Counted from the first letter of the whole stretch, positions 40,813-63,781 are shown. The stretch is 63,805 bases of DNA, filler included, from Reclinomonas americana ATCC 50394 (GCA_048213135.1; 15 parts of 5 records of this genome joined end to end with filler, not necessarily neighbours in it); one strand, 5' to 3'. The notes: generated from the sequence alone by a model not told the origin. A program made the numbers and translations.

Positions 40813-40983
40813 TGAAATGGAAGTCAAAGGGCATGATGGAGAATGAGAGAGGAGCACTGAGCAGGCCCTCAAGGGTCGAGTGAGGGGAAAGGGAGGGAGT
40901 CACAGGACACCATCGATCTTTGTTGTTGTCTCTTGTGAGAGCAGTGACCATGATCTTTGACTTGTACATCTACAACCGAAGAG

Positions 40984-41098
<115 letters not shown>

Positions 41099-41217
41099 TA
41101 CGTACGTACGTACGTANNNNNNNNNNNNNNNNNNNNNNNNNNNNNNNNNNNNNNNNNNNNTTAATTAATTAANNNNNNNNNNNNNNNNNNNNNNNNNNNN
41201 NNNNNNNNNNNNNNNNG

Positions 41218-41540
41218 GCGCGCGATGTGGCCGATGTGATGCGTCACATTTACGCCGAGGTGCGTGCTTTGGAGGGGAGGGAGGGGGAGGGGAGCAGAGA
41301 AGAAGACGATGAAGAGAGAGAGAGAGGAGAGGCAGAGAGAATGAAAGAAAGGGAGGGAGGGAAAGGGAGGAGAGAGTGTGAGTGAATGAGGGAGACAGAG
41401 AGAGAGAGAGAGACAGAGGGAGAGAGAGGGCCAGAGGGAGAGAGGGAACAGGGGAGTGGAGAGCAGAAGAAGAGATGAGAAGAAAGGAGATGAGAATAGA
41501 AGAGAAGACTTGAGAGGCGAGAGAAAGGGAGAGGAGAGAA

Positions 41541-41578
<38 letters not shown>

Positions 41579-41726
41579 CTGCGGCTCACCTGAAGTCTTG
41601 CGGCAGATTTTTGTGGAGTACGTGATCCGCAACCCGCTGTACGAGCCGCAGACGCCCATTGACTATTCGCTGTTCAAGGACAACCTCGACGACTACGTGT
41701 CGAGTTTGTCGATCTTCCGCTCGTGA
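41218..41726 (+). CDS. TRAPPC1: TRAPP complex subunit Bet5 (sybindin-like), last two exons
   Basis: Spliced DVADVMRHIYAE|IFVEYVIRNPLYEPQTPIDYSLFKDNLDDYVSSL. The 5' part lies in the gap. Confidence 0.7.
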
Positions 41727-42845
41727 GTGGGCGTGATTGGTGGCGTGGAATGAAGCGCCAGATGGTGTGTGAAGGTGAAGGAGGGAGAGTGGGAGAGGCT
41801 CGAGCTTGTGATGATCCTCCTTCGCTTTCTGTACCCTCCTGTTATCGTGGAAGTTTTTTCGGCCGTCTACGTTTGCATTCTCCTCTCCGAAGCATGGACC
41901 CGTACGGTGTAAGTGGTGTTGGTTGATGTTTTTTGGATGTTGGTACGGTTGCTGTTTTGCCAAGGCTCTGGTCATTCGCCGAATTCGATGCATGTGCCGT
42001 GTACGATCGCAGAAAACGCTATGCGTCTATGCAAGTGCGTCAAATCCACTGGTCAACCACGTCAGAGTTCCGAGAGCGAACATACACAAGCTGCTGCCTC
42101 AAGACTGCTGTTTGTGTTGATGTTTTGGATTTGGTTGAACTTGGTCATCTGTTGCTCGCTTGTTGGTGAATGAATTGTTGTTGTTGATTCAGCAGGGGCC
42201 GGGTGGAAGGAGATCGTCTGAAACGACAACTCTTTCACCAACACGAGCAGCTGTACATGTACATGCATGCAAATTTAAATGTCTTGCCATTGAGACCAAG
42301 CCAGCATCTATAGACTTTTCTCGCACTGTCTCCGTGAGATCTCAGTTCCTGATGCTCTCTCAAGACGGTGATCATAGGCATCAATTCCATGCTTATCACG
42401 CGACGAGCAGTTTCACTAGTACTTGCAATTGCAATTGCAATTAATATTGCATGCAGAAACGCCAGCATGCCATCTCGACTTTTTCCTCGTTTTTCTCCGT
42501 GATCTCTGGGTTTCTGGTGCTCACTCAAGACGGTGATCATACATGTAATGCAGCTGTGTGGCTGCTTGGATTGGTAAAGTCGTGAACCTCGCATATCAAG
42601 ACGAAAATACGCGTGACAATCCATCAAACCACAAAGCTCGCTCGGTAGGGGAGAGCGAGCGCCACACCTCTCTTTGCCTCTCTCCTCNNNNNNNNNNNNN
42701 NNNNNNNNNNNNNNNNNNNNNNNNNNNNNNNTTAATTAATTAANNNNNNNNNNNNNNNNNNNNNNNNNNNNNNNNNNNNNNNNNNNNACGTTGCTTGTAC
42801 TTGTGCCGCGCATGTCTATTCATCTCCGCCCTTTTCCACCCGCAG

Positions 42846-52645
<9,800 letters not shown>

Positions 52646-53744
52646 TGTCGATGAAAGGGAAATGAAATTTCATGGCATTGCGTGCGTTGTTTTGCGTTTC
52701 AATCAACTTGCAAAAGAGAAGTAAAGCAAATGAGCACATTCAAGGGGGCCTTGCAACCTGTCAAACCGCGCAATGGTGTGTAAAGAGAGAGAGAGAGTGA
52801 ACGAGAGAGAGCNNNNNNNNNNNNNNNNNNNNNNNNNNNNNNNNNNNNNNNNNNNNTTAATTAATTAANNNNNNNNNNNNNNNNNNNNNNNNNNNNNNNN
52901 NNNNNNNNNNNNGCACGGATGGTGGAAGTGGTAAAACAGGGTACGCCGTCGGCGAGAGCGCGGTCGAGACTGCGGGCATGATCATGGGTGCAGGGTGAGA
53001 TACAAGTGTTGTCTGGTCAGCGCAGCGGGCTCATGACAAGCGCAACATGGCGGCATCTTGGATGGACATGCTTATGGACATGTCGGGGGCTGTGAATGCG
53101 ATCTCACCACCATCGGCAGAGATGGTGGCACCACGTTCGGTGAGCACACGCAGGGCCATGGTGGAGGACCTTCGCGTGCCGGGGGGAAGTAAAAGAATGG
53201 AAAGAGAGGCGAGTTATTTTCGTCTCGTACATATGCCAAGGACGCAGGCAAAATGACACGTGGCGAGAGCGTTTCTTATGTAACTTACTGTAACTGATCA
53301 TGTGAAAGTTCCTTTTTTAGACTTGAGTACGATGTGCATGCCCTGTTAATGGGATAGCTAAACCAACGGCAGCAGCAACAACACTTGCGTATGATCGTTG
53401 TGCGCACGCAGACCATGCACCTCGTGGTCGACTGCAGAATTTGCAACTGATCATGATTGCTGTGCATGCAAGCTTAAGATCCTCCGCCACACATTGCAAG
53501 GCGCTTCTCCCCCGCACTCGGCGCATTTGCATCGCGAGACACGAATCATGCATTGCGCGTGCGCTTGCACAACGCGAGCCGCGATCGGAAAAATACGAAT
53601 ATCCACACGTTTTTTTCACACACGTTGCGGTGAGCTGCTCACACACACACACACACAAACACTGCAGCACTGGCATATTCTGCGCCTCTTCGTCTGCTGA
53701 TAATCTCCATGCCTTCCTCATTCGTCTGTGCATGCATGCAGAAC

Positions 53745-56700
53745 ATGATTCGCAACAGTTTCTCCGCGTTCGCTCTCGCGGCAGTGGTGCTTGTCGCCGT
53801 TGCACTCATCTCGTTGAGCGTCTCTGCCGCCCCTGCCTCTGTGCACACACAGTCGCAGTCAACATCGTCCGCGGTGAAGGTCTGTCTCACGCACGCGCAA
53901 TGCATCGCGACTCCCTCTCACACACATCTCTCTCTCTCGCTGCGCACACAGGTCAACAAGCCCTCGGCCGCGGCCTCTTCCCGCATTCACGTTGCCTTCG
54001 CCGGTCCCAGCATTGCCTCGCCCGCCGCCGACTCTGAGTCGCAGGGAGAGCACGAGGTGTTGCCTGCGGAAGTTCGCACACCCGAAGATGCTGCGTTGCA
54101 CCACGCGCGTCGCCTCCTGTCTGCCTCGTCGGCGACCATGTCCGCCACCAGCGCCCACCATGCTGCCACTCCCACTGGTTCGTGCTCACGGGGTGGCGCG
54201 TGTAATACTTGTAGAAAACTCTTTCGTGTGTGTGTTTTGTGTGCGCCATGGCATGTCCACTCTCTCCTCCTCTCGTCGCACTACTCCCTTGCGTCTCGTG
54301 TATCCCCCCTCTTTCCACTCTTCCTGCCACTACGTAAGTCTGCTTGCAGCCCACCTCGGCTGCCATTACCATATATATCTGCAGTCACAAGCGTTTTGTA
54401 GCGTGTGACTTTATACCTCTGGTTTCTCGAATTGCATGTGTGCTTTTGCCTCTTTGTTTCTTGTCCCTCTCCTCGTCCGTTCGTCTCTCTGGTGTGTGTC
54501 TCGTGGGCTTTCCTGCACGTGACCCTTTCGGAGTTTTGGCAGTGCATGACCCTTTTCGGTTTTTCCGAAAGTTGTGTGACTGTGCCTTTGCTATCCACTC
54601 TCTGACATGTTTCGCAAACATGTTTTCCTCATTATTGTCTCCGTGGTTGCGCCACTCACTGTCGCGCATCAGAGAGCTTTCTCAATACCGGCACCTTTTT
54701 ACCTTTTTTAGTATGGAATATTCATTGTCACTCGTGATCGTGCCTCTCTGGCTCTCCTTTTTCCATCCTCTCATTTGTTCTTCACGCTCTCTCACTTCAT
54801 GCCTCCCGACTCCTCGCGAAGCACCTCTTCGCATTTTTTCCGAAGATGCACCACTTTTCCTGTTTTTTCCGAAAATTCATTCTCTTACCTTTTCCCACCC
54901 ACACACAGCCGAGTCGGATGTAGNNNNNNNNNNNNNNNNNNNNNNNNNNNNNNNNNNNNNNNNNNNNNNNNNNNNNNNNNNNNNNNNNNNNNNNNNNNNN
55001 NNNNNNNNNNNNNNNNNNNNNNNNNNNNNNNNNNNNNNNNNNNNNNNNNNNNNNNNNNNNNNNNNNNNNNNNNNNNNNNNNNNNNNNNNNNNNNNNNNNN
55101 NNNNNNNNNNNNNNNNNNNNNNNNNNNNNNNNNNNNNNNNNNNNNNNNNNNNNNNNNNNNNNNNNNNNNNNNNNNNNNNNNNNNNNNNNNNNNNNNNNNN
55201 NNNNNNNNNNNNNNNNNNNNNNNNNNNNNNNNNNNNNNNNNNNNNNNNNNNNNNNNNNNNNNNNTGGCGTTGCGCGTGGTGCGTGTCGTCTCCCTCAACG
55301 GTGGCCGCACCAAGGCCGTGCATGTGCGCCAGTCGATCAACGGCGTGGACGTGCTGAATGGCGAGCTGCGCATGCTGCTGCAGGCAAGCTCGCTGCGCCT
55401 GCTGACGGCCGCTGGCTCGCTGGTCAACGTGGCTCAGCCGATGGTGGCGTCGTCGAGCGCCGCCTTTGCTGCGTTTGCTTCGTCGCCGTCATCGTCATCG
55501 TCGTCGTCGTTCCACACGGCGGCCATTGGCGCGTTCAGTGCGCCTGCAGATGTCGCGCAGTACAAGCAGGCGCTGGTGACGGCGTTGAACGCACACTTCC
55601 GCCACGCTCCGATCAGTGTGGCGGATGTGGCGTTTGAGGAACAGGGCAGCAACGGCGACGTGTGGCTGCACACCAGCGAGTCGGCGGCGGTGACGGTGCT
55701 GAGCCCGCATGGCAGCCGTGCGCGCAAGGTGTTGTTGTTGTTGTTNNNNNNNNNNNNNNNNNNNNNNNNNNNNNNNNNNNNNNNNNNNNTTAATTAATTA
55801 ANNNNNNNNNNNNNNNNNNNNNNNNNNNNNNNNNNNNNNNNNNNNGTTTCGGGGAGGGAGAGGGAGAGAGGGAGAGAGAGGCACATTTCTCATGGAGTGT
55901 GGCACGCAGGCGTTCTTCCCGGAGGCCGATGGATCGCTGACTGCCGCGTTCTTTGTGGAGTTTGATGCGACGGAGTCGAATGCGACCACAGCACTCAAGC
56001 GTCCGTCGACATTCCGCTTTGTGGTGGCGAGCGAGTCGTGGCGCGTGCTGGAGTCGGCCGACTTGACGCGGAGCGCGTCCTACGACTATCGCGTGTGGAC
56101 ACGGCCAGACGGTGACACGCTTCCCGCTGACACCCCCACGGAGGACTGGACTCCGCACCCAACTGGCACGCCCGACGGGCTCCAGCCGCCGCCTGTGCCC
56201 CAGTCACTTGTTTCGATGGACTCCTTCAACAAGTTCCACGACTCGTGGCTGCCGGAGAATGCGACGGAGACGCGCGGCAACAATGTGGATGCCTTCGCTG
56301 ACTTGGTGGCACCGGAAGGCTTCAGTCTCGGCGATCTGCGCGCGAATGTGACGGCGGCGAACACGTTTGATCGTGTGTACAACACGACGCTGGACGCGCA
56401 AGATTCGGATGACCAGATCATGGCAGACGTGACTCAGCTGTTCTACGCGACCAACTTCCTGCATGACTATTGGTACGACTCTGGCTTCGACGAGGCAGCT
56501 GGCAATGCGCAGGATGACAACTTTGGACGTGGCGGTGTCGGAGGCGACTCGATGCAGGCCCATGCACAGAGCTATATCGGACTTAACAACGCCGACATGT
56601 CGACGCCGTCAGATGGCATGCGTCCACGCATGCGCATGTTTAAGCACACCGCGAACAGGTCTTCGGGACTGCTGCTGACACCACCGGGAACAACTTTCCC

Positions 56701-59105
56701 ACTTTCTGGTGGCGTTGGCTTTGGACCGCAGACGTATTCGGTGTGTACCTCATGTGAATGTGTGACAACAGTCGATTGATCCTAATTCATTGCGATTTCG
56801 CAGCTTGATCATCCTATCGCACTGGCGTCGAATGCCCGGGCGTGCTCGCCGCTTGCAAACCTCAGCGGGATGATTGCAGTTGTGGAGCGCGGTGGTTGCA
56901 CCACACAGAGCAAGGCCTACCGTGCACAACAGGCGGGCGCTGTCGGCGTCATCGTTATCGGATCGAGCGAGTATGACGTCAACTTGTCTTACGACCTTGC
57001 GGTGCCTCCGGTTTCGATTCCGTGTTTCCAGGTGCAAAAATCCACGGGCCAGGTCATCAAGGACAACCTCAAGCTCGGCCCCGTGACTGGCAAGGTCGAT
57101 ACGATCCGACTGCTTCACGGTAGCAGCTTGGATTCTGCAGTGTTCCACGAGTGGGGTCACTTCTTGCACTATCGCTTGGCACCGCTGTGCACCTCAGTCA
57201 TGTGCGGAGCGGTCAGCGAAGGAATCGCCGACTTCAACGCACTGCACACGATGCTGCAGAGCGGTGACAACCTGGACGGTACCTATGCAATCGCTCCGTA
57301 CGCCTTCATCAATGCGTACTTTGGTGTACGTCGCCTGCCGTACAGCGTGGACAAGACGAAGAACCCGATTACGCTCAAGAACATTTCCAATGCGGTGCCG
57401 TTCACCTTTGGTCCGTCTGTTCCTGTCAGCCCCAACGGCAGTCCCAATTCGGAAAATCACGGTGCTGGCGAGGTGTGGGGTGCTGCGATGATTGAGGTGC
57501 GTCTTTACCTGGATCGTGGTGCTCGTTGTTTGTGGAGAGACTGACTGCCGTTCGTGTCGCCAGGGTTACATTGGTCTGCACAAGAACCCCAATGGCCGCA
57601 CCTTTGCGGAGGTCAAGCGCGCAATGGCCGACTACGTGGTGGCTGGTCTGCTGACGGTGTCTGGACCTGGAAGCTACGTCGACTACCGAGACTCGCTTTT
57701 GGCAGCCGCGAATGCTGTAAATCCGGCCGATGCGGCGATCTTGGCTTCCGGCTATGCGACCCGCGGACTCGGTTCGTTTCTTTCATGTATATGAGGGAGA
57801 GAGAATGAGAGAAAAGTGTGTGTGCGTTTCTGACGTCAGTGACTGCAGGAGCGTGCGCTGTGGCGCCCCAATCGCCAGACTTCACCGACGTCGTCGAGTC
57901 TCTCGACAATGACTGGTCCAAGTTTTTCGTGGCACTGGATGATGTGGTTGTCGGCGAGGGCACCAAGAGCTGCAACCATGATGGCGTGGTGGTGCGTCTG
58001 CTGCTCTATGTGGTTATTTCTGTGCCGCTGGTAAGACTCTCACGCTGTGCATGTGATTCCAGCAAGCCGGCGAGGATGGTGTCGTGCGTGTGACGGTGCG
58101 TACCGCCAGTCGCTACGTGACCGGCAACGCGGCTGGCAAGACGGTGACGGTGACATTGACGCTTGATGCCGATTCATCGGCTGCGGCGGTGTTTGTGGGC
58201 AGCCTTAGCAAGACGATTGCACCACCGGCAGCCGGCCAGTCCACGGTGGTGGAGTTCAACTTCAAGCTACGATCGACGGCACGCGGCAGTGCACTCTTGG
58301 CGGGCCATGTGAAGGCGACGTCTGCTACCGCCTGCAACTCGGCGGAGGGCTCGTTCTCGCGCACGATAAACGTCGAGTTCAATGCCGCAGCTTCAGCCAC
58401 AGAAACAGTGCAGTCGCCGTACGCAGATCAAGTGTGGACGAATGGTGGCACTGTGCTGCACCAGTGGTCGACACAGAATATTCCAGTCTCTGGACAGCCT
58501 GCCACCAACCAAGTGTGGTTTGGTGCAGATATTGGCAACATCGCTGATCACTGGATCCAATCGCCTGCGCTTCACGTGTCGAGCGATCCTGCGTCTCACT
58601 TCAAGATCGAGTTCGATCACGCATTTGCGCTGGAAGCCGATTCTAATCCCGACGGATCGATTGCCATTGCGTGGGACGGCGGCGTTGTGGAGATTTCCGA
58701 TGACGACGGTGCGACGTGGACTGATGTGTCGAACTGGGTGTCGGTGAGTGCTATTATTGTTGTCGTCGTCTTCGTCAGTGTGTTGATCAGCTTACTCAAA
58801 CGCTGGTGTTGCAGCCGTCGTATACTGGCATTCTCACCGATATTTCGAATAATCCACTGTCACTTCGTCCGGCGTACACTGGATACAACGGCGCTGCAGC
58901 GAATTTCCCCACATTGAGTCACGAGTCATTCGATTTCGGCACTGCATTTGCCGGTGGGTATATTGTCATCTGTTGCTGCATTCACCGACCGACGGTAGAG
59001 ATGATCTCACTCTTACTTGTCGCTCAGGCAAGACCGTGTCGATCCGTTTCCGCATCGGCTGTGATGAGGGCAGCAGCTTTACTGGATGGCTGATTGACAA
59101 CATTG
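53745..59105 (+). CDS. Secreted M36 (fungalysin-family) metallopeptidase with propeptide, PA insertion and C-terminal beta-sandwich; continues into the inverted contig 60347-59206
   Basis: Signal MIRNSFSAFALAAVVLVAV; FTP-like VRQSINGVDV; TRGNNVDAFAD; VTQLFYATNFLHDYWYDSGFDEAAGNAQ; NNADMSTPSDG.RPRM; PA motif IAVVERGGC...KAYRAQQAGAVGVI; zinc motif HEWGH then SEGIAD; HGAGEVW. Confidence 0.92.
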
Positions 59106-59205
59106 NNNNNNNNNNNNNNNNNNNNNNNNNNNNNNNNNNNNNNNNNNNNTTAATTAATTAANNNNNNNNNNNNNNNNNNNNNNNNNNNNNNNNNNNNNNN
59201 NNNNN

Positions 59206-60347
59206 GGCGGAGGAGGCGGAGCGGTCGCGCACGTCGACCCACTGTATCCACTCTTGCACACACACCCGGTGCCGGTGCGACCCGTCGAGCACGACTGCGT
59301 GCCGGTCGCATTGCACGTCGAGCAGCTCTTGCTGCAGTCCGATCCCCTGCACACCTCATCGTGTCACTTGCCCAGAAACACACACACACCACAAATAAAG
59401 AGCACACACGCACCACCGATCACTTGCGCAGTTGTCGCACAGCGCTCCAGCAAACCCAGCCTTGCAAACTGCACATGGCCATCTTCGTCAGTCACTGACC
59501 AGTTCACCACACTCGCCTCATCGCACTCACCGCATCCACTTCCCACCGAGCAGCTCGCCGTGCCGGCTGCCAGGCACGAGGCGCACGTCAGGTTGCAATT
59601 GCTGCCAAAGTGGAGTGCATCGCACTGCGCGCACGTCGGTCCACCAAACGGCGCAAAGCACGAGCATGATCCGTCCTCCAAGAAGCACGCGCCGCGTCCA
59701 GAGCAGTCCTCCACCGGACGGCACTGCAACCCGCCACCCGTGAGCACCATTACATCGACAACATCATCATCGAAAACACCAAAAAGAGCACTCAACCTGG
59801 CAGTTCTTGCCACCAATGCCCGCCGAGCACAAGCAGGTGCCCGACGACTTGCCACTCGCAACCACACAGTAGCCGCTCAGGCTCGACTTGTTGCCGATCG
59901 TCACTGGTTGCACGTTGCCTTCCACAATGTGTCCGAATTCAGTCATCACTCTCACCTCACACGAAGAAGAACAACAGACTGCACACCGTTGACCGACAAG
60001 TGATTCCAGTTGCAGTGCATGTCGGTCTCACAGAAGCCATCTGTATGCACGCCAAGCACACTCAGTTGGACATCATCAAAAGTCAATCGTCGCGGCGCAC
60101 ACGCAACTCGTCGGGTTGACGCACGTGCCGTCCGAGTCGCGGCATGTCTGCGTGTTCGCGCATCCTGTACACACGCTGCACGTCGGGCCACTCCAGTGAC
60201 CAGCGCACGATCCGCAGTCCACGTCGGTCCAGTGGACCGCGCACTTGCACGTGTCATCGGCCTGGCATGTGCCATGCAGGCATGAGCACGCCGAGCACTT
60301 GGCTGGCACCTCGGCTCCGAACGGTGTGTTGGTGACGCCGGAGAATG
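59206..60347 (-). CDS. EGF/laminin-EGF-like cysteine-rich exons, most likely the C-terminal part of the M36 gene in a flipped contig
   Basis: CLHGTCQADDTCKCAVHWTDVDC, CLCSAGIGGKNC, CSGRGACFLEDGSCSCFAPFGGPTC and CVCKSGYSGSTC. Begins (A)FSGVTNTPF, which completes the M36 GWLIDNI. Confidence 0.8.
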
Positions 60348-60447
60348 NNNNNNNNNNNNNNNNNNNNNNNNNNNNNNNNNNNNNNNNNNNNTTAATTAAT
60401 TAANNNNNNNNNNNNNNNNNNNNNNNNNNNNNNNNNNNNNNNNNNNN

Positions 60448-61246
60448 GCAGCCTCGGGCATCCACTGTCTCTCGTCCCCTCTGCAGCTTAGACATTTGCT
60501 GTATCAGTCGCATTGTCAACGCACACTCGGGCTTTCATGCTCTCCGTCTCGTGCATTCACTGTAGCTCTCTCTCTCTCCCTCTCCCTCTCTCTTTCTCCC
60601 TGTGTGACTCACCACCAAGCACGAGGCCACATGCAGTCCCAACACGTGCTCACTGCTCGGCAGCGCCACGCGCAGACGCACAGTGTTGTGCGTCACTCTG
60701 TCCACCGACTGCACAGTGAACGGGCGGAACTCGTCCTTGCTGAGCGCCACTGGAGGCGACGAGGCAGCGGCCGTGGAGGAGGCGGTCACACTGCAAAGAG
60801 TGAAAGAGGATGTGAGAAGGGAGAGGGAGAGAGAGACAGTGAATGCAGGATGATAATGGGAGAATGGATGAATGAGAGAGTGGAGAGAGAGAGAGAGAGA
60901 GAGAGGCAGAATGCAGGGCTACAATGAGAGGATGAGACTGCAGAGAGAGTCAAGGTGAGTGAGAAAGGGAGTGTACCAGACACTTCAGTGAGTGACCGAA
61001 AGAAAGACAGCGAATGCCTGAGGTTGCACAGAGAGAGAGAAACAGACAAACGAACGCACACACACACACACACACACACATACACAGAGAGAAAGAGTGT
61101 GCGTGTGTGTGCATGTGCGTGCATTTTGTGTCACTTTCATGCACAATGCATGCACTACATAACGTGGCGAAAGTGGCAGTGGCGCCCACACCACTCAGGG
61201 CGGCAACAATGTGTGCAACGCGACGGCGGATGATGGTGGCGAGCAT
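60448..61246 (-). CDS. NADH-cytochrome b5 reductase (Mcr1-like), N-terminal part
   Basis: Targeting-like MLATIIRRRVAHIVAALSGVGATATF; ALSKDEFRPFTVQSVDRVTHNTVRLRVALPSSEHVLGLHVASCL matches the start of the FAD-binding domain. The rest is missing at the gap. Confidence 0.8.
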
Positions 61247-62205
61247 GAGCAAATGCAAAAAAAATAGTGTGAAAGAACAGCGTCGGAGTTTTGTGGGAAT
61301 TTCCGATGCCCCGGTGTTACTGTATTTCGATTCTCTCGCGGGAGCTTGAGGCAGAGAGTGAAGCGTGGGGTATTGCGACACTGGATGAGTGTCTATCGCG
61401 ATGCAAAATTCCGCAAGCTCACTCGGAGCATTGCTATACATTCGATCGCGAATTCGCAGGTTCAATATCGATATCCAGTGTAATCTACTCTCTACATCAA
61501 CGCAAATTCTAAGGTTGACGGCAGCGGCAAGTTTATCGCGTGTGCTTCGCACTCTGAACATGTCGAGAACTGCGATCCAGATATGGATCGATCTACAAAA
61601 TCTCGATCAATTGCAATTCGATGCGCGCATGCACCTGGCTGCCATCACGAAGNNNNNNNNNNNNNNNNNNNNNNNNNNNNNNNNNNNNNNNNNNNNNNNN
61701 NNNNNNNNNNNNNNNNNNNNNNNNNNNNNNNNNNNNNNNNNNNNNNNNNNNNNNNNNNNNNNNNNNNNNNNNNNNNNNNNNNNNNNNNNNNNNNNNNNNN
61801 NNNNNNNNNNNNNNNNNNNNNNNNNNNNNNNNNNNNNNNNNNNNNNNNNNNNNNNNNNNNNNNNNNNNNNNNNNNNNNNNNNNNNNNNNNNNNNNNNNNN
61901 NNNNNNNNNNNNNNNNNNNNNNNNNNNNNNNNNNNNNNNNNNNNNNNNNNNNNNNNNNNNNNNNNNNNNNNNNNNNNNNNNNNNNNNNNNNNNNNNNNNN
62001 NNNNNNNNNNNNNNNNNNNNNNNNNNNNNNNNNNNNNNNNNNNNNNNNNNNNNNNNNNNNNNNNNNNNNNNNNNNNNNNNNNNNNNNNNNNNNNNNNNNN
62101 NNNNNNNNNNNNNNNNNNNNNNNNNNNNNNNNNNNNNNNNNNNNNNNNNNNNNNNNNNNNNNNNNNNNNNNNNNNNNNNNNNNNNNNNNNNNNNNNNNAA
62201 AGATT

Positions 62206-62636
62206 TTAAAGGGACGGTTACCACTATAAAATTCGTATGTCTAGAAAGGTGAGGGCGGGAACGAGTTTCTCAAGCCACTGGCGAGAGAAGGCAACCAGGT
62301 CATCACGAACATCAGTCAACCCAGTCACTCGGAGGTGCACTGTGGCGTGTCTCTCTGAGTGCCACCGTGTAGGGGTGGTGTTCCTCGTGGTGTGCAAATG
62401 CACCGTGCATGTAAACACTCGAGGTGGGGGGGCGTGTGGTGGGCGACATGGAGTGGAAATCGCCACCAAAACGCGCCATGGGCCCTTCCACTGCACCACA
62501 CGCCGCGAAAAGTGTGCCCACCACCTCTTGTACGTGTACAGTCATACCCCAGAGAGCGGCGGCGCGCGGCGATGCGTGGAAGTGACCTAGGAATTTTCTT
62601 GAATTCACCGAAAATCTGGTGCCACTGTCCCTTTAA
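62206..62636. mobile_element. Non-autonomous Kolobok/T2-like MITE (423 bp) with TTAA target duplication
   Basis: TTAA|AGGGACGGTTACCA at 62206-62223 and TGGTGCCACTGTCCCT|TTAA at 62617-62636 form imperfect terminal inverted repeats. No convincing ORF inside. Confidence 0.7.
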
Positions 62637-63459
62637 CGCACATGCATTGAAGCTCAGTGGTTCCTGCCATTATACGTGGCACATCCAAAAGAGGCGAACC
62701 AGGTAGCATGCGCAGAGCTCACCTGGAGATCGAACTGGATCTGGATCGAACAACAACAACAAATCAATGTCGACTGCACTGTTGTACCGGCGTTTCTGCA
62801 AAAGAAAGTGCGGGACACAACACGTGCTGTTGTGTGTTGCGCACTTGCTGGTGAATTTGCCGCTGAACCCACTCTTGGTGAATTCTCACTTCGACTCCTT
62901 GAGAAACGCCCAGCATTACTTCTTTTCTCGTTTTTTCCGTGATGTCTCACTTTCCGGTGCTCACTCAAGATGTCGATCTTGACGCAGCTGTGTCGTCGTT
63001 TGAATTACTGCAGGTGCTGTTGCCGCCACAAAGGCATCCCGATCCGGGTTCGTATCCCAATTTGGATCGGGCAATACCGCACTCCAGTGTTCTTTCACGA
63101 GCCAGTGACCCTGACCACACGCACATGCCAGACTCCGCGTCACCACCACAACGCACTACCACACGGCAGTCGCCAGGCTTCCACACAGCTCACCAGCAAA
63201 GATTCTATTTTCAAACCGCCCACTCGTGGAAATCTTCGATATCACACTCGCCATCAACGCATATATTCTGTTGCGTCTCAAGTCGCCCATTCACCCGCTC
63301 ACCAAGCCGTACTATAGATTCACACACACAGTCGCAGCGAGCTCCACATCGCACACACACACACGCTCTCTATCCATAACAAAAAACACCTAATTTTGTA
63401 TCATCACACACTACTACACACACACACACAAGCACACACTATTACTAACAGAAGGGCAT

Positions 63460-63781
63460 TCACGCAGCCCCGTCTGACATTGACTCCGCAGGCGACTCTG
63501 CGCTCTCCGCCGCAGCCGCCGCCGCAGCCGCGCTCAATCGAAGCTGTTGTTGCTGTTGGTGTTGTTGCGCGGAGGGTGGAGGCGGTTGCAGGCGCCCCGT
63601 GATCATCAGTGTGAATAATCTCGCGTACTGCGCCTGCTCCGGCGAGAGTGTGTTGGTGTGCACGGGCGGGGCGAGGCCGCGGGCGGCGAGGGATAACCGC
63701 GCGCCTAGTTCCATCCACTCGCGTGCGTCTGGGGGCACTGCCGCGAGGCGCTTGGCGCGGGCAATGTCATCGGGCGCCCAT
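63460..63781 (-). CDS. Last exon of an unidentified gene
   Basis: CAG acceptor after a pyrimidine tract; open frame WAPDDIARAKRLAAVPPDAREW...polyQ/polyA tail, then stop. Confidence 0.5.
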
